Made by a program: the position numbers and the translations under genes. A stretch of 64,000 nucleotides of DNA from Escherichia phage RB3. Below the pieces are notes generated by a model. The model was not told where the DNA came from. It did not search any database and saw only the letters and a list, made by a program, of their open reading frames with translations. Shown here one piece after another: positions 1 through 8,546 of this stretch (positions are counted from its first letter, which is position 1; every line of letters starts with the position of its first letter). The stretch lies in sequence record KM606994; one strand, given 5' to 3'.

Positions 1-363
1 AAATTCTGCTTGGAAATCTTTACTGCTGGCAGATTCATTAAGACGTGTACCGTTAACGGTGATTTCGAAAACGTTCGGTTTTTGTCCTCTTTTGATATAG
101 TACTTTTTCTCATCATATTCCATCCACAGTTCAACTAAAAGTTCTTTCTTATTTGTGCTGTTTATTAATTGACCTTTCTTTACATCACGAAATGGCTTGC
201 CAAAAAGCCCAAATGTGATGGCTTCTAACATAGTAGACTTACCACCGCCATTTCGTCCAGTAATAAGAGTTTTTTGAACCTTATCTAATTGAATGTCAAT
301 AGGATTTCCACCTACTGACATTATATTTTGATACCTAACTCGGTTTAGTTTAAAATTCTTCAC
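1..363 (-). CDS. 46: Recombination endonuclease subunit gp46 (Rad50/SbcC-like ATPase), N-terminal part only; gene runs off the window start
   Basis: Minus-strand translation reads VKNFKLNRVRYQNIMSVGGNPIDIQLDKVQKTLITGRNGGGKSTMLEAITFGLFGK with Walker A GRNGGGKST; GTG at 363 overlaps the upstream stop (GTGA), alternative ATG at 321. Confidence 0.85.
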   Translation of the reverse strand, partial: MKNFKLNRVRYQNIMSVGGNPIDIQLDKVQKTLITGRNGGGKSTMLEAITFGLFGKPFRDVKKGQLINSTNKKELLVELWMEYDEKKYYIKRGQKPNVFEITVNGTRLNESASSKDFQAEF

Positions 364-623
364 AAAAGATTCCTTTTAATGTATCTTTTAGACCATTCTA
401 TCATATCATCATAATCTAAAAAGTATTCATCAAATTCAGCCATGCAAACAACGCCTTGTGCTGCTTTTGATGTGATATAAATTATTCCAACATATCTAGA
501 ATCTTCTTCGGTGTAATCAATATTTGCTATGAATTCATCATTAATGTCAAATGTCGAAAACTTCACAGTATGCATCCTTAATACAAGATACAGCCATATC
601 TTGTAATGATTTAGGTGTGTCAT
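360..623 (-). CDS. Hypothetical small protein (46.1 position)
   Basis: 87-aa ORF, stop overlaps gp46 start; start uncertain because it overlaps the next ORF. Confidence 0.4.
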   Translation of the reverse strand: MTHLNHYKIWLYLVLRMHTVKFSTFDINDEFIANIDYTEEDSRYVGIIYITSKAAQGVVCMAEFDEYFLDYDDMIEWSKRYIKRNLL

Positions 624-810
624 TATCTAAAATGTTGAAGTTAAAAGATACAGCCCAGTCAGTGTAGACCGTGACCTTTTTAATACAATTATCTTCAACC
701 TCTAGCGGTTCAAACCAATATTCAATAATTTCTTTATGCCCAATATCATCTTTTACTTCGCATTCAAAATGCTGACCCATCATAACATTTTTAAATTCAT
801 CAAAAGTCAT
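547..810 (-). CDS. Hypothetical small protein (46.2 position)
   Basis: 87-aa ORF whose start overlaps the gene 47 stop by 4 nt. Confidence 0.4.
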   Translation of the reverse strand: MTFDEFKNVMMGQHFECEVKDDIGHKEIIEYWFEPLEVEDNCIKKVTVYTDWAVSFNFNILDNDTPKSLQDMAVSCIKDAYCEVFDI

Positions 811-1826
811 TGTGTTGCCTCTACATATAACTGATTTGCATATTGAATAAGTGCTTCACGGTCAGAATCAGTGATGTCTGGAATTGCATTAATATACTCT
901 TCCATTAATGTCTGAAGCGATTGGACTTCAACTTCTTCACTGTCATCTGACTCGACAGAGTTATCAATCTTTGACACAACTCGTAATGAATGCACAACTT
1001 TTTCTAGTTCAGATTCGAACTTCGTCAGATTTTTGTCTACTTCAGTTACTATAACACGTACTGATAGATTTGTAAAATCTTTATAGTCAATTTTTCCTTT
1101 AAATGGATAATGAATTCTACGATGCCAGGTAGTATTGTTTGGAATAAATTCCATTCGTTCTGTTTCTGTATCAAACATCCAGAACCCACGAGGGTCATTC
1201 TCGTCACCTGCAGTTAGTGTCCATGGTGTCCCAATATATCTGACGTTTGCAGCCTCAGAGATAGTATGGAAGTGACCAGACCACACTTCTTTATAAGTCT
1301 TAAGGAAATCAGGTTCAAGACCGTGAGATTTCATTCCTTTATAAAAATAAAATCCATTCAGTTCCCAGTGACCAACACAAAAAGAAGCAGATGAAGTTTT
1401 GATATGCTCAAGAATTTCACCAGTATTTTCTTCGCACATCCAAGGAATTAAATCAATCAAACATCCGTCAAAATCTACTGTAGTAGGCTTATCATATACT
1501 TTAACATTAGGATATTTAGCCAAAAGCTCAGTAGAAGCATTTGGATGCATTACATTTTTGTAGTGGAGATCGTGATTTCCTACAATAGTATGTAATGTGA
1601 TTCCAGCACCATCAAGCATTTGAACTATTTCACGGGCAAACTCCATAGTTTTATGCGTGATTGCTTTTCGCACATCAAAAATATCACCGTATTGAATCCA
1701 GGTAGTAATTCCATTTTTCTTAGAATATTCTATTGCTTGTTTAATTCCATCAATTTGAATACCGCGAATCCACTCATCATCAGCTTTAACGCCTAAATGC
1801 CAATCACCTAAATTTAAAATTTTCAT
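807..1826 (-). CDS. 47: Recombination endonuclease subunit gp47 (Mre11/SbcD-like phosphoesterase)
   Basis: 339 aa; calcineurin-like phosphoesterase motifs GDWHLG, GDIFD, GNHD, GHWE, GHFH. Confidence 0.9.
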   Translation of the reverse strand: MKILNLGDWHLGVKADDEWIRGIQIDGIKQAIEYSKKNGITTWIQYGDIFDVRKAITHKTMEFAREIVQMLDGAGITLHTIVGNHDLHYKNVMHPNASTELLAKYPNVKVYDKPTTVDFDGCLIDLIPWMCEENTGEILEHIKTSSASFCVGHWELNGFYFYKGMKSHGLEPDFLKTYKEVWSGHFHTISEAANVRYIGTPWTLTAGDENDPRGFWMFDTETERMEFIPNNTTWHRRIHYPFKGKIDYKDFTNLSVRVIVTEVDKNLTKFESELEKVVHSLRVVSKIDNSVESDDSEEVEVQSLQTLMEEYINAIPDITDSDREALIQYANQLYVEATQ

Positions 1827-1987
1827 ATATCAAGAACCGTCATTGAAATGCAAAATAAAATTATTGAAATAAACCCATCTGGTGTGCTAAAGAACCCAAT
1901 CCAACACGCTCTAGTGAATAGATAAAATGCAAGAAAAAGTATCACATATCCAAGAAATATCATTATATCAAACTCCGTATAAAGCTA

Positions 1988-2004
1988 AAGGGCCGAAGCC
2001 CTTT
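1988..2004 (-). promoter_or_regulatory. Intercistronic C(UUCG)G hairpin between a-gt and 47
   Basis: Plus strand aaagggccgaagcccttt; transcribed strand reads GGGC-UUCG-GCCC. Confidence 0.6.
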
Positions 2005-3205
2005 ATTTTGTAATAATGTCAAACTGTTCTTTAAAGCAGAAGCTTGAATCTTGATGCTGATACAAAAATTCATATGCTTTTTCTCGCTCACGGTCATAAA
2101 GAGCTCGGTCAGATGACAGTTCTTTAATACGCTCGAATGTTGATTCCATGTCATTTTCATCAAACCAAATGATACCGCTATCATGCGAGGTCAAAGGAGT
2201 ATTATCAACACGGAATTTTAAATTATCACCCGTTGATTTCCAGAAAACAGGAATTGTACCGCAAGCACCTAATTCAAGATGAGTATATTCGAGTGAGCGT
2301 TGTAGATATTTTTTATCCAACTTACTCAACTGATAACCAAAACCGGATTTACTCATACGTTCAAGCATTTCGCTATTTACATAACGGTCAAGAATTTGCG
2401 TTGGCAAATTAGGAGCAATTTTAATTTGGTCTACTTGATGAAGACGATAATACTCGTATGGAATTCCTTTTTCTTTAATGGGAATGAACGCTGGAGAACG
2501 TTCCAGACCTTCCATAATAGTACTTAGTCCTGCAGGTTTAAGATGTTTTTCATGAAAATCAAACATCTGATAAAAACCTTTCCACGTAGTCGTACGACCA
2601 ATCCAACGGTTAATATTCATGTTAATTTCAGAAACATCTTTCCAGTAGGTTGACCGAACCTTCGCAATATCCATAGGAGGCTGAAAGTTATATACGGTCG
2701 GTGCTTCTTCAATATCATCAAACAGAGAAACTGTTTCAGGATACCATTCTTTCATCAGAACTTTATTAAAATCGCCATTATCAGAATGACTAAAAATAAC
2801 ATCAGCTCGACGAACAGTTTCTTCTAATCCCAAATTTCGACGCAAAGAAAGAGAAGAATGGTCATGTTGATAAACTACAACACGAACCGAAGGTTTAATG
2901 TTATCAATAATTTTTTTATAGTTATTAATTGTGTCTTCTTCGACTGAAGTAGCAGGAACTGAATTGATAATTAGAATATCACAATCATTTACCAGCTTAA
3001 GTGTTTTATCGTATTCTTTTGCCAATAAAACCGGAATTGAAAATGATTTATAATCATGCGCGCAGTTACGAGTAAATGATTTATCTTTAGCATAAACCAA
3101 AGTTACTTCATGACCATTTTTAATAAACCAATCACGCTGCTCAAGAGAAAATTTAGTTACACCGCAACCTTCAAGACCTCGAGCCATAAAAATACATACT
3201 TTCAT
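2003..3205 (-). CDS. a-gt: DNA alpha-glucosyltransferase
   Basis: 400 aa; near full-length match to my memory of T4 alpha-glucosyltransferase (MKVCIFMARGLEGCGVTKFSLEQRDWFIKNGHEVTLVYAKDK...). Confidence 0.9.
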   Translation of the reverse strand: MKVCIFMARGLEGCGVTKFSLEQRDWFIKNGHEVTLVYAKDKSFTRNCAHDYKSFSIPVLLAKEYDKTLKLVNDCDILIINSVPATSVEEDTINNYKKIIDNIKPSVRVVVYQHDHSSLSLRRNLGLEETVRRADVIFSHSDNGDFNKVLMKEWYPETVSLFDDIEEAPTVYNFQPPMDIAKVRSTYWKDVSEINMNINRWIGRTTTWKGFYQMFDFHEKHLKPAGLSTIMEGLERSPAFIPIKEKGIPYEYYRLHQVDQIKIAPNLPTQILDRYVNSEMLERMSKSGFGYQLSKLDKKYLQRSLEYTHLELGACGTIPVFWKSTGDNLKFRVDNTPLTSHDSGIIWFDENDMESTFERIKELSSDRALYDREREKAYEFLYQHQDSSFCFKEQFDIITK

Positions 3206-3255
3206 TTAATATCCTCATTGTTTTGGTTTATTTTACCAAAAATTTATAAAGCAAT

Positions 3256-3275
3256 ATAGGAGCCGAAGCTCCTAT
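3256..3275 (-). promoter_or_regulatory. Intercistronic UUCG hairpin upstream of a-gt
   Basis: Plus strand ataggagccgaagctcctat, an 8-bp stem with a cgaa/UUCG loop. Confidence 0.55.
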
Positions 3276-3448
3276 CCGCATAATACGCCATACAAAGGCT
3301 CGTTAGAGCTTCTAAATTTTATACGCTTATATGTTATAGTTCCTTCTGCTTTAGCTTTATCATGAGACTCTTTAAAGCGTCTCATCATTTCTACTTTAGA
3401 GGAACGAATTTTATTATAATCTATTTCAGAAGTCTGGGTGTTCATCTT

Positions 3449-3655
3449 TCACAGTTGCCACCATTTTTTGACTTGGTAAGAATCAACCCACACTTTCATA
3501 TTAGGGTCTGCTCTTACAATGGGAGGATTAACTTCTTTAATTGAACTATCGTGGTATTCTTTTTCAGAAATTTTCACACAAAGATGACCATTCAAAGATT
3601 CAGTAAATCCTGCATTAATTTTAAGACGCTTGAATTTTACGTGTGTAAGCATCAA
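3449..3655 (-). CDS. Hypothetical small protein
   Basis: 68-aa ORF in the a-gt/55 intergenic block; overlaps the next ORF by 35 nt. Confidence 0.3.
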   Translation of the reverse strand: MMLTHVKFKRLKINAGFTESLNGHLCVKISEKEYHDSSIKEVNPPIVRADPNMKVWVDSYQVKKWWQL

Positions 3656-3938
3656 TCATATCCTCAATCTGCGATCTAGTAGTCTTCCAAAGAATACTGA
3701 TGAGTTCATCGTTATATGGCTGTTTTAGAATATCCCGACTTTTCTTGATAGCATATTCGTATTGAGCAAAATTATTATTTTCAGCTGCAATCTGAGCGTG
3801 CTTATAAAGACGATTCAGTTCGCGTTTGTTTTTAGACAATAACTTATTTGCTTTTCTTTCTGCTTCAAGACGGTTCTTTTCTTCAATAGAAGAAATAAGC
3901 TTTTCCACTTCATCATTAATTTCGGGTTTATCAGTCAT
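3621..3938 (-). CDS. Hypothetical protein, predicted helical
   Basis: 105-aa ORF, charged and helical (EEKNRLEAERKANKLL). Confidence 0.5.
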   Translation of the reverse strand: MTDKPEINDEVEKLISSIEEKNRLEAERKANKLLSKNKRELNRLYKHAQIAAENNNFAQYEYAIKKSRDILKQPYNDELISILWKTTRSQIEDMIDAYTRKIQAS

Positions 3939-3939
3939 A

Positions 3940-4158
3940 TTATTTCTCTAATATAAAATAAAAATCATCATCTGTTAAATGATACCGATAGTTTAATTCT
4001 ACACCATTAGATTTAAAAGCGGTATCATACGGATTTTCTGGGTCAATATCAATGTCAAGAGCTAAAACTTCCCTGAGATACATTTTAAGTAAATAGGGAA
4101 TAGCTTCAACTTCAGGTATTTCTTCCAAGAATCCGGAGAGGTTAATCGTTAGCCTCAT
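3940..4158 (-). CDS. Hypothetical acidic small protein
   Basis: 72-aa ORF tightly packed downstream of gene 55. Confidence 0.45.
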
Positions 4159-4705
4159 ATAAAAAATCCAAACTAGGAGAATCGTCTACAACACTTTTCT
4201 TTTCAGCCCCCGGTGTTCTATAGGTTGATTCTTCGTAATGCGTCATTTTATCGTAGATGTCTTGAATAAAAGTTTCATCTACTAACGCAACCATATCGTC
4301 GTCACGGCTGTCATAGACATTGTGAACGAAGTAACTATATTTCTTTGCAACTTCCTTACGTTCTTTTTTAATACGTTGGACGAATGCATTAAAACAAGCT
4401 TGAGTTATATACGCATGTGGGTTTTTATATTTCGTTTCATCAAAATTATGAAGCCCCTTAATAGAAGCTTCTATACCATCTGCAATCATTTCTTGTTTCC
4501 AAGACTGGGTGTATCCTGAAAAGTTGAAACGTTTAGATAAGCCTTCTGCAATAAGCATAATGGCTAATCCGATAGTATCATTCTGACGAACTACTTTATT
4601 TGGGTCTTTATTATTTGCTAATTCTGTTTTCCAATCAATAATAGCTTGTAAAAGCTCTTTATTGTTTACGTAATTATATTTAGGCTTAGTTTCTGACATT
4701 TTCAC
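4142..4705 (-). CDS. 55: Late-transcription sigma factor gp55
   Basis: 187 aa; position and sequence ([25 protein letters not shown]...) match my memory of T4 gp55. Confidence 0.85.
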
Positions 4706-4779
4706 CTCTTAGCTCAATTCATAGATCTATTATATCATAATATTTGAAGATCTATCTTAAAGCATAGAGGATGAATCAG

Positions 4780-5049
4780 TTATCTAAGTAAACAGTATGC
4801 TTGGAACACTTTCTCCATCATCTTTTTAAATTCATGAATATCTATATAATGACTAGTTAAATCAGCATGATATAAAAAGTCTAAAAACTTTTCATGTGTG
4901 CTAACATATTCACTTTCATTTAATTCAGAAACATGACTTTCCCAATATCCAACACCAGTCTTATTTGGGAAAAATGAAATTTTCATGTATTGGTCAACAT
5001 AGAAAATGCCATAATTTTCAATAGTAATAGAAATATTAATAAATTTCAT
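4780..5049 (-). CDS. Hypothetical protein
   Basis: 89-aa ORF; start overlaps the upstream stop. Confidence 0.45.
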   Translation of the reverse strand: MKFINISITIENYGIFYVDQYMKISFFPNKTGVGYWESHVSELNESEYVSTHEKFLDFLYHADLTSHYIDIHEFKKMMEKVFQAYCLLR

Positions 5050-5261
5050 ACATTCATCAACTTAGCCGCTTCAAGAGCTGCATCTAGTGAATCAAATTGA
5101 TCGACATATTCAATCAGTTCGCCGTAATTAGCATATAACCACCATTGGCTAAATTCATACTCAAGGATGAATCCGTTTCCTTCAATTTGAGTTAAACCAA
5201 TGCCATTTGTATTTACTTCATACCCAGCAAGACGTAAATCGTTAATAAGAGCTTCGTTCAT
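5046..5261 (-). CDS. Hypothetical protein
   Basis: 71-aa ORF, tightly packed. Confidence 0.45.
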   Translation of the reverse strand: MNEALINDLRLAGYEVNTNGIGLTQIEGNGFILEYEFSQWWLYANYGELIEYVDQFDSLDAALEAAKLMNV

Positions 5262-5263
5262 AA

Positions 5264-5590
5264 TTATACCTTAGTAATTTTCAGGTCTGCAAATTTTTTC
5301 TTGCGTTGATTTTTCATACGACGAATAGTTTTATCGGAAATTTCATGCTTTTGATAAGCTTTAGATTCTACACCAAAAGCTTTAACATCAAATTCTGACA
5401 AGATATATTGAACCAACAATTCACGGACAGTATTGCGTCCAATCTTCTGATCATTCTGTTTCATCGTCTGATGAAGCTCTTTTTCCCATTTATCCAAAAT
5501 TTGAGGAGTTACAATATCGCCTTTTTCTAGCAAAGAAACTACTTTATCATATGCGTAAGAATTAATGACGTTTTTAATTTGAATAGTCAT
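5264..5590 (-). CDS. Hypothetical protein
   Basis: 108-aa ORF with a basic C-terminus. Confidence 0.5.
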   Translation of the reverse strand: MTIQIKNVINSYAYDKVVSLLEKGDIVTPQILDKWEKELHQTMKQNDQKIGRNTVRELLVQYILSEFDVKAFGVESKAYQKHEISDKTIRRMKNQRKKKFADLKITKV

Positions 5591-5628
5591 ACATTATCCT
5601 CAATTACGTTAAAATTTTATTATCCAAA

Positions 5629-5644
5629 AAGGGCCGAAGCCCTT
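5629..5644 (-). promoter_or_regulatory. Intercistronic C(UUCG)G hairpin
   Basis: Plus strand aagggccgaagccctt. Confidence 0.55.
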
Positions 5645-5843
5645 AGCTAAACTTTTTGGCACCCTTCCAGCCTTCATACATCATTGCGGCTGATATTAAT
5701 ATTGCTCCTGAGCAACTTGAATATTTGTGATTCCAAAACCAGTTTAGAAAAACTTCATCATCAATACCTTGGGCTATCATATTTTCAAAGAACTGACGAC
5801 GAGCTTCGGCAATTCGCTGCGATAATTTAGATTCAGGATTCAT
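5643..5843 (-). CDS. Hypothetical protein
   Basis: 66-aa ORF. Confidence 0.4.
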   Translation of the reverse strand: MNPESKLSQRIAEARRQFFENMIAQGIDDEVFLNWFWNHKYSSCSGAILISAAMMYEGWKGAKKFS

Positions 5844-6059
5844 TTAAATTTCCCAATTGCCATTTTCATCAATAAATTTAATCCAGTCATTTACTGACCA
5901 CTTGGTCGTATCACCTTTTGGAGTAACATTTAAAGTGTATAGCCCTTGCTTAAAAAGCATTCGTTTGATATTCATATTTTCCTCAGCTGTAACGATAACA
6001 CTCGTTTGATTTACGTTTAGCAACTCGTTGAGAAGTATTATAATCAAAATCATCGTCAA
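5844..6059 (-). CDS. Hypothetical protein
   Basis: 71-aa ORF; real start may be the internal Met at ~5975. Confidence 0.35.
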   Translation of the reverse strand: MTMILIIILLNELLNVNQTSVIVTAEENMNIKRMLFKQGLYTLNVTPKGDTTKWSVNDWIKFIDENGNWEI

Positions 6060-6321
6060 TGTAAACTGATTTTTTCAACTTTCTTACTTCACCGCGTAAT
6101 TGACGATTTAGCTCATCTTTAACTTCTGAATCAATACCTTTCATTCTACGCCATTTATCTGAGCGAAAAATGTTTTCAACCATATCTTTATGACTTACAC
6201 CATCAGGAGCTTTACGCTTTCCGAAATAGTCATAATCACGCACTTTTAAATCTTTACGACGATACGTTTTACCCATGGAGTTTAATTTCCTTAGCAACTG
6301 AACTAAATACAGCACGGTCAC
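5983..6321 (-). CDS. Hypothetical basic protein
   Basis: 112-aa ORF, lysine/arginine rich; likely start at the internal Met (~6276). Confidence 0.45.
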   Translation of the reverse strand: MTVLYLVQLLRKLNSMGKTYRRKDLKVRDYDYFGKRKAPDGVSHKDMVENIFRSDKWRRMKGIDSEVKDELNRQLRGEVRKLKKSVYIDDDFDYNTSQRVAKRKSNECYRYS

Positions 6322-6451
6322 AAATCATCTGTTTATGTAACTTGAGTATAAGATAATAAACTTCAAAACCGTTTACATAAGTAACACGAACAACATTACC
6401 ATTAATAAAATAATACTGTCCCTTTTTAATTTCTTTATCAATCATAACCAT
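6269..6451 (-). CDS. Hypothetical protein
   Basis: 60-aa ORF directly downstream of the early promoter at 6481-6520. Confidence 0.45.
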   Translation of the reverse strand: MVMIDKEIKKGQYYFINGNVVRVTYVNGFEVYYLILKLHKQMICDRAVFSSVAKEIKLHG

Positions 6452-6480
6452 ATCAATTCCTCAAAGGCAATTCATATGTT

Positions 6481-6520
6481 AATAATACCACGGTTTGAAC
6501 TTGTTGTAAACAACTTTGTG
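6481..6520 (-). promoter_or_regulatory. T4-type early promoter
   Basis: Minus strand reads GTTTACA-spacer-TGGTATTAT. Confidence 0.6.
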
Positions 6521-6592
6521 AAAAATATTTTAGGGAATGATAAGAAAGGAACGATAGCTTAGAATGGTAATATACAGAATGTGAGAAAGAAA

Positions 6593-6606
6593 GGCCCAGA
6601 GGGCCC
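6593..6606 (-). promoter_or_regulatory. GC hairpin downstream of the glutaredoxin gene
   Basis: Plus strand ggcccagagggccc. Confidence 0.45.
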
Positions 6607-6609
6607 GTC

Positions 6610-6918
6610 TTAGTCTTCTATGATATCTCTATCATATCCAAGTGAAATGAGAGTTTCTTTGAAGTGTTTAATGTTCTTTTGTCTAGAATCATTAATGAAA
6701 ATGACTGGATAACGAATGTTAAGAGATGTGAATCCAGCGCGTTTAGCAAGAGATACAATCAGTGGACGATCATACTCAATCTTACCATTATTTGTAAGAA
6801 CTTTATAGAAAGTAAAAGGAGCATTGAGCTCCTTTAGAAGTTTTGTAACTGATTGACATCCAGGACAACGACCTACTTCATCTGGAATTCCATAGACTTC
6901 AATCTTATTTTGTTTCAC
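6610..6918 (-). CDS. nrdH: Glutaredoxin-like redoxin (NrdH-like)
   Basis: 102 aa with a CPGC redox motif near the N-terminus; sits in the nrd cluster. Confidence 0.6.
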   Translation of the reverse strand: MKQNKIEVYGIPDEVGRCPGCQSVTKLLKELNAPFTFYKVLTNNGKIEYDRPLIVSLAKRAGFTSLNIRYPVIFINDSRQKNIKHFKETLISLGYDRDIIED

Positions 6919-6920
6919 AA

Positions 6921-7133
6921 CTATTCCTTACTAAGAGCAGCATTCAGCTTGTTAGTAATTTTATCCAAACGTTCATTGAACTCGCTAGAAGATAGTCCTT
7001 TTTCTGGAGAAATCAAACTAATCACGAAAAATATAGCAATAAAAGGAATAAGGAAAATAGCTCCAACTGCCATAAACAAAAAGAATGTTACAGTTGTAAG
7101 AAAATCAGCTAAACCTTTACGAAATTTATACAT
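6921..7133 (-). CDS. Small hydrophobic membrane protein
   Basis: 70 aa with one long hydrophobic segment (VTFFLFMAVGAIFLIPFIAIFFVISLI). Confidence 0.5.
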   Translation of the reverse strand: MYKFRKGLADFLTTVTFFLFMAVGAIFLIPFIAIFFVISLISPEKGLSSSEFNERLDKITNKLNAALSKE

Positions 7134-7248
7134 ATTTTACCCTTAATTAATTAACCAAGCATTTATAAGCACTAAACTATATTGGGAATAAAATTCTGGA
7201 CCAAAATGAAAAATCATATCATTTATAGTATCCATAATGTAATTCAAT

Positions 7249-7719
7249 TTAATCATGTTTCCACACCCCATCGGTATTTGACCAAAGTCGCTGATTATCT
7301 GATCCTCGCCACAGCTTTTTAGTCGGAAGATTTTTCTCATACTTCCCATCAATAATAACATCAACATATTTAAGCATTTCTAGTTGTTTAATATCTTCAA
7401 ACTTATATCCTGTCCACAACCAAATGCTTTTATTGGGATAAAGATTTTTTACTGTTTGAACAATGCAATGAATAACATCTCGATTGTCAGGATAGAGAGG
7501 GTCTCCTCCGGTTATAGTCAATCCTTCTATATAATCATTATTCAAACATTCAATTAATTGTTCTAGTGTTTCACCAGTGAATGGAATACCATTTCTAGCA
7601 TTCCATGTTGATTTATTATAACACCCTTCGCATTTATGCAAACAACCTGTAACGAAAAGAACGACCCTGCATCCAGGGCCATTCACGAAGCAGCACGGGT
7701 ATATTCTGTCATAATTCAT
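7249..7719 (-). CDS. nrdG: Anaerobic ribonucleotide reductase activating protein (radical SAM)
   Basis: Cysteine cluster CxxxCxxC (GCLHKCEGC); start taken as the ATG at 7719, which forms an ATGA overlap with the upstream stop. Confidence 0.8.
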   Translation of the reverse strand: MNYDRIYPCCFVNGPGCRVVLFVTGCLHKCEGCYNKSTWNARNGIPFTGETLEQLIECLNNDYIEGLTITGGDPLYPDNRDVIHCIVQTVKNLYPNKSIWLWTGYKFEDIKQLEMLKYVDVIIDGKYEKNLPTKKLWRGSDNQRLWSNTDGVWKHD

Positions 7720-8546
7720 AATAATATCCAATTTTTCCAAGCTTCATCAGTAGAATTACAGCGTTTTAGTATAAGATGTCTAGAAACTTTTATGGCATTT
7801 GAGCACTTTTTAATTGAATCATATTTAATACCGTCAACTGAAACGGTTTTGCTAGTTGGAGAAATTTTTCCATACATTGGATTTTTTGAACCAACTTGAA
7901 GTCCTTTTAAAGCTTTTGAAAGCTTTTGTCTAGATTCCAATGACATGGGAGAATTCTTTTTACCTTCAATAATTCGCTTGCGATGAAGTTCGCGTTCTTC
8001 TTCACTCAAAGAATTGTAATATTTTTTAACACCGTTTGATATAGATAATTTATCTTTCTCAGACCGCTCTCCAGCTAATTTACTTCTAACATCTTTTCGC
8101 TTCATAGCTATGCTTACGGCTTTATTTAAATTTGCTTGATGCTCTGGCGTACGTTTATATTTCTTTAAAGCACGTGAAATAGCTATTTTAGTTTCTTCTG
8201 TTCTCTTTTTACCTTTATTTGCTAAACTATTTTTGCGGCGATGTTCAAGTGTCTGTTCATAGGCAGTTCCACCTTTTCCACCAGGTTTAATATTATATGT
8301 ATTTTCTTTTAGACAATACTCTTCGGTTACGAGTTCAGCTTCTTTATCATACATTTGTTTTTCATTATCAAAAACATGTAAAATTTCTTTATTAAAATTT
8401 TTTCTACCATATTTTAATAAAGCGGCACGAATCAATGTTCCTGACCCCATATAACCGTCATTTATGTTATCGGTGCTATGCGCACCGATATATTCCTTTG
8501 AATTAATTATATTTGTTATTTTATAAATTATATAATACCTATGCAT
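7716..8546 (-). CDS. GIY-YIG homing endonuclease, free-standing (seg-like)
   Basis: 276 aa; N-terminal YYIIYKITN...KEYIGAHS GIY-YIG module and basic C-terminal repeats; overlaps nrdD end by 8 nt and nrdG start by 4 nt. Confidence 0.8.
   Translation of the reverse strand: MHRYYIIYKITNIINSKEYIGAHSTDNINDGYMGSGTLIRAALLKYGRKNFNKEILHVFDNEKQMYDKEAELVTEEYCLKENTYNIKPGGKGGTAYEQTLEHRRKNSLANKGKKRTEETKIAISRALKKYKRTPEHQANLNKAVSIAMKRKDVRSKLAGERSEKDKLSISNGVKKYYNSLSEEERELHRKRIIEGKKNSPMSLESRQKLSKALKGLQVGSKNPMYGKISPTSKTVSVDGIKYDSIKKCSNAIKVSRHLILKRCNSTDEAWKNWILL

Noticed and set aside
1963-2184. 73-aa minus-strand ORF overlapping the a-gt 3' end
   Set aside because: It is in another frame inside or abutting the well-supported a-gt gene and covers the UUCG hairpin; no independent support.
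3362-3544. 60-aa plus-strand ORF in the a-gt upstream region
   Set aside because: Plus-strand orientation in a block that is otherwise entirely minus-strand; antisense to ORF 3449-3655; no promoter or RBS pattern seen.
7143-7367. 74-aa minus-strand ORF
   Set aside because: Out-of-frame overlap with the C-terminal coding region of nrdG; composition looks like frame noise.
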